A DNA stretch of 64,000 bases from an uncultured bacterium. GTDB taxonomy: Bacteria > Muiribacteriota > UBA6191. Below the pieces are notes generated by a model, which had not been told where the DNA came from, searched no databases, and saw only the letters and a list, made by a program, of their open reading frames with translations. Below are positions 9,168 through 18,428 of the stretch, one piece after another. Position numbers and translations under genes: made by a program. Every line of letters starts with the position of its first letter. Positions within the stretch are counted from its first letter, which is position 1. The stretch covers positions 7,597 to 71,596 of the forward strand of contig CAZDAM010000005.1 in NCBI GenBank assembly GCA_964503595.1, read 5' to 3'.

Positions 9168-9940
9168 TGGACTTTCTCGCCCTTCTGGGCCCGGCCTTTG
9201 CGGCCGGGCTCATCATCGCCATCACCCATGCCAGCCTTGGCCTGGAAGTTCTCAAACGCGGGATTGTTTTTCTGGATCTGGCAATTGCCCAGATTGCCGC
9301 TCTTGGGGTCATCGGGGTCCATCTCCTTGAACCTCATCCCAGTGAAATCAATATTCAGTTCGCAGCTCTCCTGTGCGGACTTGCCGCCGCCTTTACCTTC
9401 CGTTTCCTGGAACAGAAAGTCGGAGCAGAGCTTGAAGCCATCATCGGCTCTTCCTATGTAATCGCCGCATCTTCAGGGCTTCTTCTGACCCTCTACCACC
9501 CTCATGGGGCCGAGCATCTGAAATCGATTCTTTCCGGGCAGCTCCTTTTTGTTTCCTGGAGTCAGCTTTTCAGTCATCTGCCCGTCTATCTGGCTGTCCT
9601 GTTTCTCTGGTATCAGACCACGCAAAGCTTTCGGGAAAAATGGTTTCATATCCTTTTTGCTGTGGCCATCACCTCTTCGGTTCAGCTTGTTGGAGTCTAT
9701 CTGGTTTTTTCCAGCCTGATTCTGCCAGCTCTCGCCGTTCATCGGGAAAAAAAACATCAGAAGATCAGGTGCATCCTGATTGGTGCCATGGGAATGGCTG
9801 CCGGGATCGGCTGTTCGATTCTCTGGGATCTGCCCGCCGGGCCCATGGCCGTATTGTTTCAGGGAGGGCTTTGTCTGCTGGTTCGACTTACCAGGTATTG
9901 GTTACCGGGCGGGGGTCACGCTGAACCGTTTTCCACATGA
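9167..9940 (+). CDS. znuB: Metal ABC transporter permease (ABC-3 family)
   Basis: Polytopic membrane protein; LGLEVLKRGIVFLDLAIAQIAALG is typical of ZnuB/MntB. Its start overlaps the znuA stop. Confidence 0.75.
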   Translation: MDFLALLGPAFAAGLIIAITHASLGLEVLKRGIVFLDLAIAQIAALGVIGVHLLEPHPSEINIQFAALLCGLAAAFTFRFLEQKVGAELEAIIGSSYVIAASSGLLLTLYHPHGAEHLKSILSGQLLFVSWSQLFSHLPVYLAVLFLWYQTTQSFREKWFHILFAVAITSSVQLVGVYLVFSSLILPALAVHREKKHQKIRCILIGAMGMAAGIGCSILWDLPAGPMAVLFQGGLCLLVRLTRYWLPGGGHAEPFST

Positions 9941-10400
9941 AGCGGGTTTCTTCCGAAAAGCCAATCATGGAACCATCCAGATAAACCAGGGTCCTGAGGT
10001 AATCATCCTGGGAGACGAAAGGCTCTCCCTGAACCATGCCGGAATAGGTTTTCCAGAGTCCCCGCGCAAACTCAAGCATCTGCGTGTGAACCTTCATGGA
10101 AGTATCTTCAATCAGCTGCTCTGCCTCATCCTTCTGGGCCGGGAGCATGGCCCGAAGAAAATCGATCTTGACCTGAAGCTTTCCGGACTGACCGATATAT
10201 GCCTCCACCCGATAGTTCGGGCGGGAAACCTGAAGAGCTTTGACTTTCAGAGACAAATCCATGTAAAGACCAAAGGTAAAAGGCACGGGCCTTCTGTATT
10301 CCTCAAGCAGAAGCTCTTCGGATTCGGCTTTCACACTGAAAAAACAGAAGGCCAGTACCAATACCGGCAAGATGGTTCGAATTCTGGGAAACTTTGACAC
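9888..10400 (-). CDS. Hypothetical secreted protein
   Basis: Has an N-terminal signal peptide (MSKFPRIRTILPVLVLAFCFFSVKA). No recognised domain. Convergent with znuB with a small overlap. Confidence 0.45.
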   Translation of the reverse strand: MSKFPRIRTILPVLVLAFCFFSVKAESEELLLEEYRRPVPFTFGLYMDLSLKVKALQVSRPNYRVEAYIGQSGKLQVKIDFLRAMLPAQKDEAEQLIEDTSMKVHTQMLEFARGLWKTYSGMVQGEPFVSQDDYLRTLVYLDGSMIGFSEETRFMWKTVQRDPRPVTNTW

Positions 10401-10467
10401 AAGCTCCAGAATACTATAGTCTTTCGCCGGTCTTCCACTAGGCTTTGCCCCAGATGAAGGAGTCTGT

Positions 10468-11382
10468 ATGCAGGCTCAGCGCAAATACGAGAAAAAACCT
10501 GAATGGATCAAAGTGCGCCCTCCCGCCTCGGAAGGGTATTTTTATCTGCGCGAGAAGACAGATAAACTCGGCCTAGCCACGGTATGCCAGGAAGCACGTT
10601 GTCCCAATATCGGTGAATGCTGGTCCCAGAAAACCCTGACAATCATGATCATGGGATATACCTGTACCCGCTTCTGCAAGTTCTGCAATGTAAAAACCGG
10701 CAAGGGCAGCGGGTTCCTGGATGAAAATGAACCTTTGAACACAGCTCTGCTCCTCAAGCCTCTGGAGTTGAACTACGTTGTCATCACTTCTGTGGATAGA
10801 GATGATCTGGCCGATAACGGGGCGGCTCATTTTGCAAAAACCATCGAACTGGTTCACCGGGAAAGTCCCAAAACAACGCTTGAAGTTCTGATTGGAGATC
10901 TTCAGGGCAGTAAAGAAAACCTCGCAACCATTGTGGCTTCACGCCCTGAAGTGATTTCTCACAATCTGGAAACAATCAGAAGACTGACCCCTTCCATTCG
11001 CGATCGTAGGGCCAGCTATGATCAGTCCCTTCTTCAGCTGGAAAGAGTCAAGGGCATGGATCCTGGTATTTTCACCAAATCATCCCTGATGCTGGGACTT
11101 GGGGAAGAAAAGGAGGAAGTCATTGAAGCCATGCATGATATGCGGGCAATCGGGATTGACTTTCTGACGCTGGGCCAGTATCTCAGACCCAGTGAAAAAC
11201 ATGCTCCCGTGAAGCGCTATGCTCCACCGGAAGAATTTGAAGAACTTAAAAAAATCGGAGAAGAACTAGGATTCAAGATGGTGGCCTCCGGGCCCCTGGT
11301 CCGCTCCAGCTACAAGGCCGGGGAGTTCTTCATCAATGAATATGTTCGCAAGCGACAACAAACGGTCCAGGAAGCATCTTAA
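10468..11382 (+). CDS. lipA: Lipoyl synthase
   Basis: Has the CPNIGEC and CTRFCKFC radical-SAM/auxiliary cluster motifs, 304 aa. Confidence 0.9.
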   Translation: MQAQRKYEKKPEWIKVRPPASEGYFYLREKTDKLGLATVCQEARCPNIGECWSQKTLTIMIMGYTCTRFCKFCNVKTGKGSGFLDENEPLNTALLLKPLELNYVVITSVDRDDLADNGAAHFAKTIELVHRESPKTTLEVLIGDLQGSKENLATIVASRPEVISHNLETIRRLTPSIRDRRASYDQSLLQLERVKGMDPGIFTKSSLMLGLGEEKEEVIEAMHDMRAIGIDFLTLGQYLRPSEKHAPVKRYAPPEEFEELKKIGEELGFKMVASGPLVRSSYKAGEFFINEYVRKRQQTVQEAS

Positions 11383-11395
11383 GGAAAGGATGGCT

Positions 11396-12502
11396 ATGAA
11401 ATTTGAGATCGAAACCATTTCCTATCTGGATTTGGAAGGCAACCTCAAAAAGGGATTCAGACATGATCTCTCAAATGAGGACTTGATCAAAGCCTACAAA
11501 ACCATGCAACTCACCCGCCGCATTGATGAGCGCATGATCACATTGCAGCGCCAGGGTGTCGTCAACTTTGTGATTGGTTCCCGCGGAGAAGAGGGCTGCT
11601 CTGTAGCCTCGGCTGCCGGCCTGAAACTTGAGGACTGGATCTACTTCCAGTATCGTGAGCAGGGCGCCATTCTGTGGCGCGGCATGAGTGCCGAAGATTA
11701 TTGCCATCATATGCTCCTAAATGAAAAAGATCCTTCCAAGGGTCGCCAGATGTCCAACCACTACGGACGTCGGGATCTGAACTGCATGACAGTCTCATCC
11801 ACCCTGGCCACCCAGATTCCCCAGGCCACCGGCTGTGCCTATGCCATGAAAGTGAAGAAGGAAGAAGCCGTAACCCTGTGTTATTTCGCAGAAGGAGCAG
11901 CATCGGAAGGCGACTTTCACGCTGGTCTGAATTTTGCCGCAGTCTATGATGCCCCCGTCATTTTCTTCTGCCGCAACAACCATTACGCCATTTCCACTCC
12001 CCGCAAGTTTCAGTATGCCGGGGACGGAATTGCTCCTCGCGGGATTGCATATGGCATGAAAACCTTCCGCGTGGACGGCAATGACTTCTTCGCTGTTTAC
12101 GATATCACAAAAAAAGCCCGTGAACTCTGTCTGAAAGGTGAAGGTCCGGTTCTGATCGAGGCCATGACCTATCGTTCCGGCCCTCACTCCACAGCCGATG
12201 ATCCATCCCGCTACAGAAGTGATGAAGAAGTCTGTGACTGGGATCCAAAATGCCCCGTCTTAAGACTCAAGCTTCATCTCTACAAACTTGGAATCTGGGA
12301 TGATGACAAGGACAAGGTTTTCAAGGATGCCATGTATCAGGAGGTCGAAGACGGCATCAAGGCTGCCCGCAACACTCCAAAGCCCGGAGTGGATACAATG
12401 TTTGAGGATGTCTATGAAGACATTCCATGGAATCTCAGGGAACAGCGCGATTTCCTCACAGAGTTTGAAGAAGAACATCCTGAAATCGGTGGAGGTCACT
12501 GA
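11396..12502 (+). CDS. 2-oxo acid dehydrogenase (PDH/BCKDH-type) E1 component alpha subunit
   Basis: Has the TPP-binding region and YRSGPHSTADDPSRYRS motif. Start chosen at the ATG at 11396 behind an AGGAAAGGA RBS; the ORF track begins at 11336. Confidence 0.85.
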   Translation: MKFEIETISYLDLEGNLKKGFRHDLSNEDLIKAYKTMQLTRRIDERMITLQRQGVVNFVIGSRGEEGCSVASAAGLKLEDWIYFQYREQGAILWRGMSAEDYCHHMLLNEKDPSKGRQMSNHYGRRDLNCMTVSSTLATQIPQATGCAYAMKVKKEEAVTLCYFAEGAASEGDFHAGLNFAAVYDAPVIFFCRNNHYAISTPRKFQYAGDGIAPRGIAYGMKTFRVDGNDFFAVYDITKKARELCLKGEGPVLIEAMTYRSGPHSTADDPSRYRSDEEVCDWDPKCPVLRLKLHLYKLGIWDDDKDKVFKDAMYQEVEDGIKAARNTPKPGVDTMFEDVYEDIPWNLREQRDFLTEFEEEHPEIGGGH

Positions 12503-13476
12503 TGCCAGTCATGAATATTATCGAGGCAATCAATAACGCCCTTCATATTGCATTTGAAACAGACGATCGGGTGATCACCTTTGGTGAGGATGTCGGTTTC
12601 TTCGGTGGAGTTTTTCGGGCCACAGTCGGTCTTCAGGAGAAATTCGGCGTGGATCGCTGTTTTGACACCCCGATTTCCGAACTGGGAATCATCGGTCTTG
12701 CCATGGGTGCTGCCCAGAATGGTCTGAAACCCATTCCGGAAATCCAGTTTGCCGATTATATCTTTCCTGGTTATGACCAGATTGTGAATGAAGTTGCCAA
12801 AGGCCGCTACCGTACCGGAAACCAGTGGCCCAACGGCATGGTCATCCGCACTCCTTACGGTGGCGGAATTCACGGCGGTCATTATCACTCCCAATCCCCG
12901 GAAGCCCAGTTCCTGCATACTCCTGGCATCAAGGTTGTCGTGCCTTCCGATCCATATGAGGCCAAGGGCCTGCTTCTGTCTGCAATCCGGGCCAACGACC
13001 CGATTCTGTTCATGGAACCCAAGCGGATCTACCGTGCTTCCAAGGCCGAAGTACCCCTGGAAGACTACATGATTCCACTGGGTAAAGCCAAGATTGCCCG
13101 GGAAGGTTCGGATCTGACCCTGATCGGCTACGGGGCCCAGCATCATCAGAATATGGATGCGGCCGAAAAAGCTTCTGAAATGGGTGTCAATGTAGAAGTC
13201 ATTGATTTAAGAACCCTGAATCCATATGACATTGAGACTCTGGAAGCTTCCGTCAAAAAAACCGGCCGCTGTGTCATCGCTCATGAAGCCCCCATCACCA
13301 TGGGTTTTGGAGCCGAGCTTTCCGCAAAAATTCAAGAGCGCTGCTTTTTGAATCTGGAAGCTCCTATTTTCCGCTGTGCAGGTTTTGACACTCCATACAG
13401 CAATGCTCATGAGAAACGCTATATGCCTGACGCAACCCGCGTTCTCAAAGCCATTGTTGACACCATGGAATACTGA
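12502..13476 (+). CDS. 2-oxo acid dehydrogenase E1 component beta subunit
   Basis: Transketolase-like pyrimidine-binding and C-terminal domains. Translationally coupled to E1alpha (TGATG). Confidence 0.9.
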   Translation: MPVMNIIEAINNALHIAFETDDRVITFGEDVGFFGGVFRATVGLQEKFGVDRCFDTPISELGIIGLAMGAAQNGLKPIPEIQFADYIFPGYDQIVNEVAKGRYRTGNQWPNGMVIRTPYGGGIHGGHYHSQSPEAQFLHTPGIKVVVPSDPYEAKGLLLSAIRANDPILFMEPKRIYRASKAEVPLEDYMIPLGKAKIAREGSDLTLIGYGAQHHQNMDAAEKASEMGVNVEVIDLRTLNPYDIETLEASVKKTGRCVIAHEAPITMGFGAELSAKIQERCFLNLEAPIFRCAGFDTPYSNAHEKRYMPDATRVLKAIVDTMEY

Positions 13477-13492
13477 TTTTAAGGAAACGAAT

Positions 13493-14755
13493 ATGAGTAT
13501 TTTTACTGTATTGCTGCCTGATATCGGCGAGGGTGTGGTTGAAGGCGAAGTCGTAAAATGGCTGAAGAATATCGGCGACGAACTGGCTCAGGATGAACTG
13601 GTCGTTCAGGTCATGACCGACAAGGCAACCGTCGAACTTCCTGCCGTAAAACCGGGAAAGCTGGCCGCCCAGCACATCAAGGAAGGCGGTATCGCCTATA
13701 AAGACAAACCTCTTTATGATATCGAGGTTGAAGGTGAAGTAGCTCAGGAAGCTCCCAAGGCCGCCAAGAAGGAAGCTCCCAAGCAGGAAAAATCCAAGGA
13801 GGCTCCTGCCAAGACAGCCAGGGCTGCTCCTTCTGCTCCGGCCCGCAAGGATGGAGAAAAAGCTCTGGCAACTCCGGCAACCCGCAAAATTGCCCGCGAT
13901 CTGGGAATTGACATCAACAATGTTCCCGGTTCCGGAAAAGGTGGCAGAGTCACCGCCGAAGACGTGAAGAGCTTTGCTTCCGGGGGAAGCAATGCCCAGG
14001 CTTCAGGCAATACTCCTGTTGTCGCCATGTCCTCTACACCGGTCTTTGAATACGAAGGCGATGAAAGAATTCCTCTGCGCGGACTTCGCAAGAAAATTGC
14101 CGAAAGACTCGTGGAATCCAAAACCGTCGTGCCTCATTTTGCGTATTTCGATGAAATCGACATGAGCAATCTGGTAGCCATGCGCAAGGAACTCAAACCT
14201 CTGGCAGAAGATATGGGTGCCAAGCTCACCTATCTCCCCTTCTTCATGAAGGCCCTGACCATGACGGTGAAAAAATTCCCCATGGCCAACAGCTCCATTG
14301 ATCTGGGGACCAATGAAATCGTGGTTCACAAGAAAATCCATATCGGCATGGCTACCGCTACTGACAATGGGCTGATAGTTCCAGTGATTCATGATGCCGA
14401 TCAGAAAAGCATTGTGGAGCTGGCTCGTGGAACTCAGGAACTGGCTCAAAGAACCCGTGATGGAAACGCATCCTCTGATGAGCTCAAGGGTTCAACCATT
14501 TCCATCACCAATATCGGCTCCATTGGTGGGCTGGGTGCGACTCCCATCATCAACTACCCAGAATGCTGCATTCTTGGAATTTACAAAATGCAGGATCGCC
14601 CGGTTGTCCGTGATAGAGAAATCGTGATTCGCCCCATGATGAACATCAGTTTCTGTTTTGATCACAGAATTGTTGATGGTTCGAATGCTGCGGAATTCTC
14701 CAACTACTTCATCAGTCTTCTGGAAGACCCCCGTAAACTCTTGTTAGGAGCGTAA
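13493..14755 (+). CDS. Dihydrolipoamide acyltransferase E2 (single lipoyl domain)
   Basis: Has a lipoyl domain (VLLPDIGEGVVEGEVVKWL...VMTDKATVEL), an AP/K-rich linker, a peripheral subunit-binding domain and a catalytic domain with DHRIVDG. The start at 13493 follows an AAGGAAAC RBS. Confidence 0.9.
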   Translation: MSIFTVLLPDIGEGVVEGEVVKWLKNIGDELAQDELVVQVMTDKATVELPAVKPGKLAAQHIKEGGIAYKDKPLYDIEVEGEVAQEAPKAAKKEAPKQEKSKEAPAKTARAAPSAPARKDGEKALATPATRKIARDLGIDINNVPGSGKGGRVTAEDVKSFASGGSNAQASGNTPVVAMSSTPVFEYEGDERIPLRGLRKKIAERLVESKTVVPHFAYFDEIDMSNLVAMRKELKPLAEDMGAKLTYLPFFMKALTMTVKKFPMANSSIDLGTNEIVVHKKIHIGMATATDNGLIVPVIHDADQKSIVELARGTQELAQRTRDGNASSDELKGSTISITNIGSIGGLGATPIINYPECCILGIYKMQDRPVVRDREIVIRPMMNISFCFDHRIVDGSNAAEFSNYFISLLEDPRKLLLGA

Positions 14756-14758
14756 AGC

Positions 14759-16174
14759 GTGGCTTTGAAAAAACATACTGTTGTGATCGGCGGGGGCCCT
14801 GGTGGCTACGTCGCTGCAATCCGCGCATCTCAGCTCGGACTGGACACGCTGGTCATTGAAAAAGGCAACCTGGGCGGAGTGTGTCTGAATGTCGGTTGTA
14901 TTCCTTCCAAGGCTGTCATTCATGCAGCAAAGACTTACTACAAGTCCGTGCATGAAAATGAAACCATGGGAATCGAAGCCGAAAAAGTCAGTTTGGATTT
15001 TGGCCGGACCATTGCCTGGAAAGACAGCGTTGTCTCCAAACTCACTGGCGGGATCGGTGGACTTCTGAAAGGGAACAAAGTCGATGTTCTGAACGGAACA
15101 GCTACTTTTACCGGCCCCAAGAAGCTGAGTGTCACCCTCGCGGATGGCAAAACCGAAACCGTAGAGTTTGAAAACTGCATTCTGGCAACCGGCTCCTCGC
15201 CGATCAGCCTTCCGGCTTTTCCTATCGATCAGGAAAAGATTCTGGACAGCACCGGGGCTCTGGCTCTGAAAAAACTGCCGGAAAGTCTGATTGTCATTGG
15301 CGGGGGCTATATTGGTCTGGAGCTCGGTATGGCTTATGCCAAACTGGGCACCAAGGTCACGGTCGTCGAGTTTCTGGATTCCGTGCTGGCCCAGTTTGAT
15401 GCCGATGTTGTTCAGGTCGTTGAAAAGAAACTCAAGAAGCTGGGAGTCACTGTTCTGACTTCCACCAAAGCGGACGGTTTCACCAAGAAGGGCTCAAAAG
15501 TCGTCTTGAAAGCCACGGATAAAGCCGGTAAAAACCACGAACTGGAAGCCGATTATATTTTTGTCTCCATCGGGCGCTCCCCCAATTCCAAGAATCTGGG
15601 ACTGGACAAGGCAGGCATTCAGGTAGACGAGAAGGGATTTGTCAAAATCAATGAACGCTGCCAGACCAGCGCGAAGCATATCTATGCCATTGGTGATGTT
15701 GCCGGCCAGCCGATGCTTGCTCACAAGGCCAGCAAGGAAGGCGAAATCGCTGCGGAAAATATCGCCGGACACAAGGCCGTCATGGACTGCCGGCAGATTC
15801 CTGCCGTTGTCTTCACGGATCCGGAAATTTCCCAAAGTGGCATGAGTGAAAAGGAAGCCCGGGCCAGTGGCCGCAAATTTACAGCTTCCAAGTTCCCCTA
15901 TGCTGCCATTGGACGTTCCCTTACGACCAATGAAACCGAAGGTTTTGTAAAATTCATCTCGGATAGCGAAACCAAAGAGGTTCTGGGAATTACTATAGTA
16001 GGGGCGAATGCTTCCGATCTGATTTCCGAAGCTGCTCTTGCGATTGAAATGTGTGCATTTGTTGATGATGTTGCCCTCACGGTTCATCCGCATCCGACAT
16101 TTGGAGAAATACTGATGGAGGCAGCCAAAGGAAACCTGGGTGAGGCGATTCATGTGTTGAATCCAAAACACTGA
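14759..16174 (+). CDS. lpd: Dihydrolipoyl dehydrogenase E3
   Basis: GTG start. Has GGGPGGY (FAD) and the redox-active GGVCLNVGCIPSK motif, 471 aa. Confidence 0.9.
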   Translation: MALKKHTVVIGGGPGGYVAAIRASQLGLDTLVIEKGNLGGVCLNVGCIPSKAVIHAAKTYYKSVHENETMGIEAEKVSLDFGRTIAWKDSVVSKLTGGIGGLLKGNKVDVLNGTATFTGPKKLSVTLADGKTETVEFENCILATGSSPISLPAFPIDQEKILDSTGALALKKLPESLIVIGGGYIGLELGMAYAKLGTKVTVVEFLDSVLAQFDADVVQVVEKKLKKLGVTVLTSTKADGFTKKGSKVVLKATDKAGKNHELEADYIFVSIGRSPNSKNLGLDKAGIQVDEKGFVKINERCQTSAKHIYAIGDVAGQPMLAHKASKEGEIAAENIAGHKAVMDCRQIPAVVFTDPEISQSGMSEKEARASGRKFTASKFPYAAIGRSLTTNETEGFVKFISDSETKEVLGITIVGANASDLISEAALAIEMCAFVDDVALTVHPHPTFGEILMEAAKGNLGEAIHVLNPKH

Positions 16175-16195
16175 GACCATTCTGGTCGCAGTGCT

Positions 16196-16240
16196 GGGCG
16201 GGACGGATCGGGAAGACCGATCCGCCCGCTCAATTTTTTT
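16196..16240 (+). terminator. Rho-independent terminator/attenuator between lpd and lipB
   Basis: A 13-bp GC stem with a 1-nt bulge (gcgggacggatcgg...ccgatccgcccgc) followed by TCAATTTTTTT. The lipB ATG follows 3 nt after the T-run. Confidence 0.55.
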
Positions 16241-16243
16241 CCT

Positions 16244-16939
16244 ATGCGTGAACTTCACATCATCCAGTCCGGTTCCATCCCCTATCAGGATGCCCTGAAT
16301 TTTCAGGAAGAACTGGTTCAAATCAAAGCTCAGGAAACTTCAACCCCCGATGTTCTCTGGCTTCTGTCCCACCCTCCCGTGATCACCGTGGGAGCCCGCC
16401 GTGACGCCCGGAAAAACCTTCTTCAGACCGATGGGGTTGAAGTCGTCTCTATCACCCGTGGTGGGGATGTCACCTATCATGATGAAGGTCAAATCACCGG
16501 CTACCTCCTATCCCTTCTTGAAAATCAGGAACGGGACCTGCACCGCATTCTGAAGATTCTGGAAACCGCGGTGATTGAGGCCTTGATGCCGGATGCCCAT
16601 CCAAATGACCAACTTCACACCGTTGAAGGCAAGACCGGGGTCTTTCTGAATGACTCCAAAGTCTGTTCGATTGGAATCGCCTGCCGGCGCTGGGTTACAT
16701 TCCATGGATTTTCCCTGTGCTTTACAAGCGATCCCAAAGCCTGGTTTCGTCTGAATCCCTGTGGACTGGACCCCATGGTCATGAAAAATCTTCCCGGACA
16801 TTTTTCCCGTCCCCACTTTGAAGAAAGAATCGGAAATCTTCTTGCTGCCCATCTAAAAAGGGAACTGAGTCCTCAAAAATGGGCCTCCAGGGAAGAATTT
16901 GCCTCCCGTTTCATGCGAGCCCCGGGCCCTTCGTGCTAG
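16244..16939 (+). CDS. lipB: Octanoyltransferase (lipoyl(octanoyl) transferase)
   Basis: 231 aa; RGGDVTYHDEGQITGY and the KICSIGIA region are typical of LipB. Confidence 0.85.
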   Translation: MRELHIIQSGSIPYQDALNFQEELVQIKAQETSTPDVLWLLSHPPVITVGARRDARKNLLQTDGVEVVSITRGGDVTYHDEGQITGYLLSLLENQERDLHRILKILETAVIEALMPDAHPNDQLHTVEGKTGVFLNDSKVCSIGIACRRWVTFHGFSLCFTSDPKAWFRLNPCGLDPMVMKNLPGHFSRPHFEERIGNLLAAHLKRELSPQKWASREEFASRFMRAPGPSC

Positions 16940-16979
16940 TCTTTTGCACTTTCAACCCAAAAATTCTGAAGGAGATAGA

Positions 16980-18422
16980 ATGGATCGCGGACACTGGGGA
17001 TCCCGGATGGCCTTTGTCCTGGCCGCTGCGGGTTCTGCAATCGGACTGGGCAATATCTGGAAATTCCCCTATATCACCTATGAAAATGGTGGCGGCAAAT
17101 TTGTCGTCCTGTATCTGGTCTGTATCCTCCTGGTCGGCCTCCCTGTGCTGGTTGCGGAAATGCTTCTGGGACGACACACCGAAAAGAGTCCTGTTGCAGC
17201 TGTAGAGGCTATTTCCGGGGAAAACTCCCCCTGGAAACTGATGGGTTTTTTGGGAGTCTCCGCTTCCTTTGTTGTCATGTCCTTCTACGGAGTCGTTGCC
17301 GGCTGGATTCTGGTCTATGTCGTTCTCAGTCTTACCGGAGCCCTGGCCGGACTGACCGCCGAGCAGTTTTCCGCTCAGTTCGGAGCCCTGTATGCCTCAC
17401 CCTGGCTGAATGTCGGTGGTTCCACTCTTTTTCTTCTGATGAGTGTGGCTGTGGTTCTGGGGGGCGTCAAAGGCGGCCTGGAGAAGGTCTGTAATATCCT
17501 TATGCCCGCTCTCATAGGCCTTCTGGTACTTCTCTGCATCAATTCCGTCGGAGCCCCCAATGAGGGCTTTTCCAAGGCGATCCAGTTTCTGTTCTCCTTT
17601 GACAAACCTCTTGAAGGCCACGCCATTCTGGAAGCTCTGGGCCATGCCTTCTTCACCCTTTCTCTTGGTATGGGCGCCATGCTCACCTACGGCTCCTATC
17701 TTGATAAAAGAGCGGATATTGTCAAAGCTGCCCTCTGGGTTGCTGCTCTGGATACCATCATCGCCCTGATGGCCTGTATCATCATTTTCTCAACCCTGAT
17801 GGCCTATGATATGGAAGTCGGACAAAGCGTCGGACTGGTTTTCAACTCCCTTCCTCTGGCTTTCTCCAAAAGTGCGGCGATCGGGAAATATCTGGTCGCC
17901 ATCTTCTTCATTCTGCTTTTCATGGCTGCCTGGACCTCGGGAATTTCCCTTCTGGAGGTGCCCACTGCCTATCTGATTGATAAAGGCATGGAAAGAAAGA
18001 CCGCCACCCTGACCATGGCCGGGCTGATCTGGATTGTTTCGATTCCCTGTGCCCTCTCCGGGTCTCCAGAATGGAAAGCTGTCTTTAAAAATTTCGACTT
18101 CTTTGATTCCATGGACCGGTTCTCCAGCCAGTACATGCTACCGATCGGAGGGCTGGCCATTGCCATTTATGTGGGCTACATCATTTCCAAAAAAGCCCGT
18201 GAAGAGGAATTTTTCAGCGGCCTCGAAGTTCCTCCCATTGTTTACCGGGGCTGGATGCTTCTTTTGCGCTTCGTAGCCCCGCTGATTGTAGTCATTATCC
18301 TGCTGAACAAGGTAGGCTTCATTACAGATGAGCAGTTCAATAAATCCTTCGAAAGACTTTTTGGTCATACCGAAGAAGTTCAGCATGAACCCATGCGGTC
18401 ACTGCCGGTGAAAAAGCCTTAA
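16980..18422 (+). CDS. Sodium-dependent transporter, SNF (neurotransmitter:sodium symporter) family
   Basis: Has WGSRMAFVLAAAGSAIGLGNIWKFPY, the hallmark NSS motif, with 12 predicted TM segments. The start at 16980 follows an AAGGAGATAG RBS. Confidence 0.85.
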   Translation: MDRGHWGSRMAFVLAAAGSAIGLGNIWKFPYITYENGGGKFVVLYLVCILLVGLPVLVAEMLLGRHTEKSPVAAVEAISGENSPWKLMGFLGVSASFVVMSFYGVVAGWILVYVVLSLTGALAGLTAEQFSAQFGALYASPWLNVGGSTLFLLMSVAVVLGGVKGGLEKVCNILMPALIGLLVLLCINSVGAPNEGFSKAIQFLFSFDKPLEGHAILEALGHAFFTLSLGMGAMLTYGSYLDKRADIVKAALWVAALDTIIALMACIIIFSTLMAYDMEVGQSVGLVFNSLPLAFSKSAAIGKYLVAIFFILLFMAAWTSGISLLEVPTAYLIDKGMERKTATLTMAGLIWIVSIPCALSGSPEWKAVFKNFDFFDSMDRFSSQYMLPIGGLAIAIYVGYIISKKAREEEFFSGLEVPPIVYRGWMLLLRFVAPLIVVIILLNKVGFITDEQFNKSFERLFGHTEEVQHEPMRSLPVKKP

Positions 18423-18428
18423 AAAGAA

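Noticed and set aside
15494-16321. 275-aa minus-strand ORF spanning the lpd 3' end and lipB 5' end
   Set aside because: Antisense to two well-supported genes and crosses the intergenic terminator, so it is not a plausible gene.
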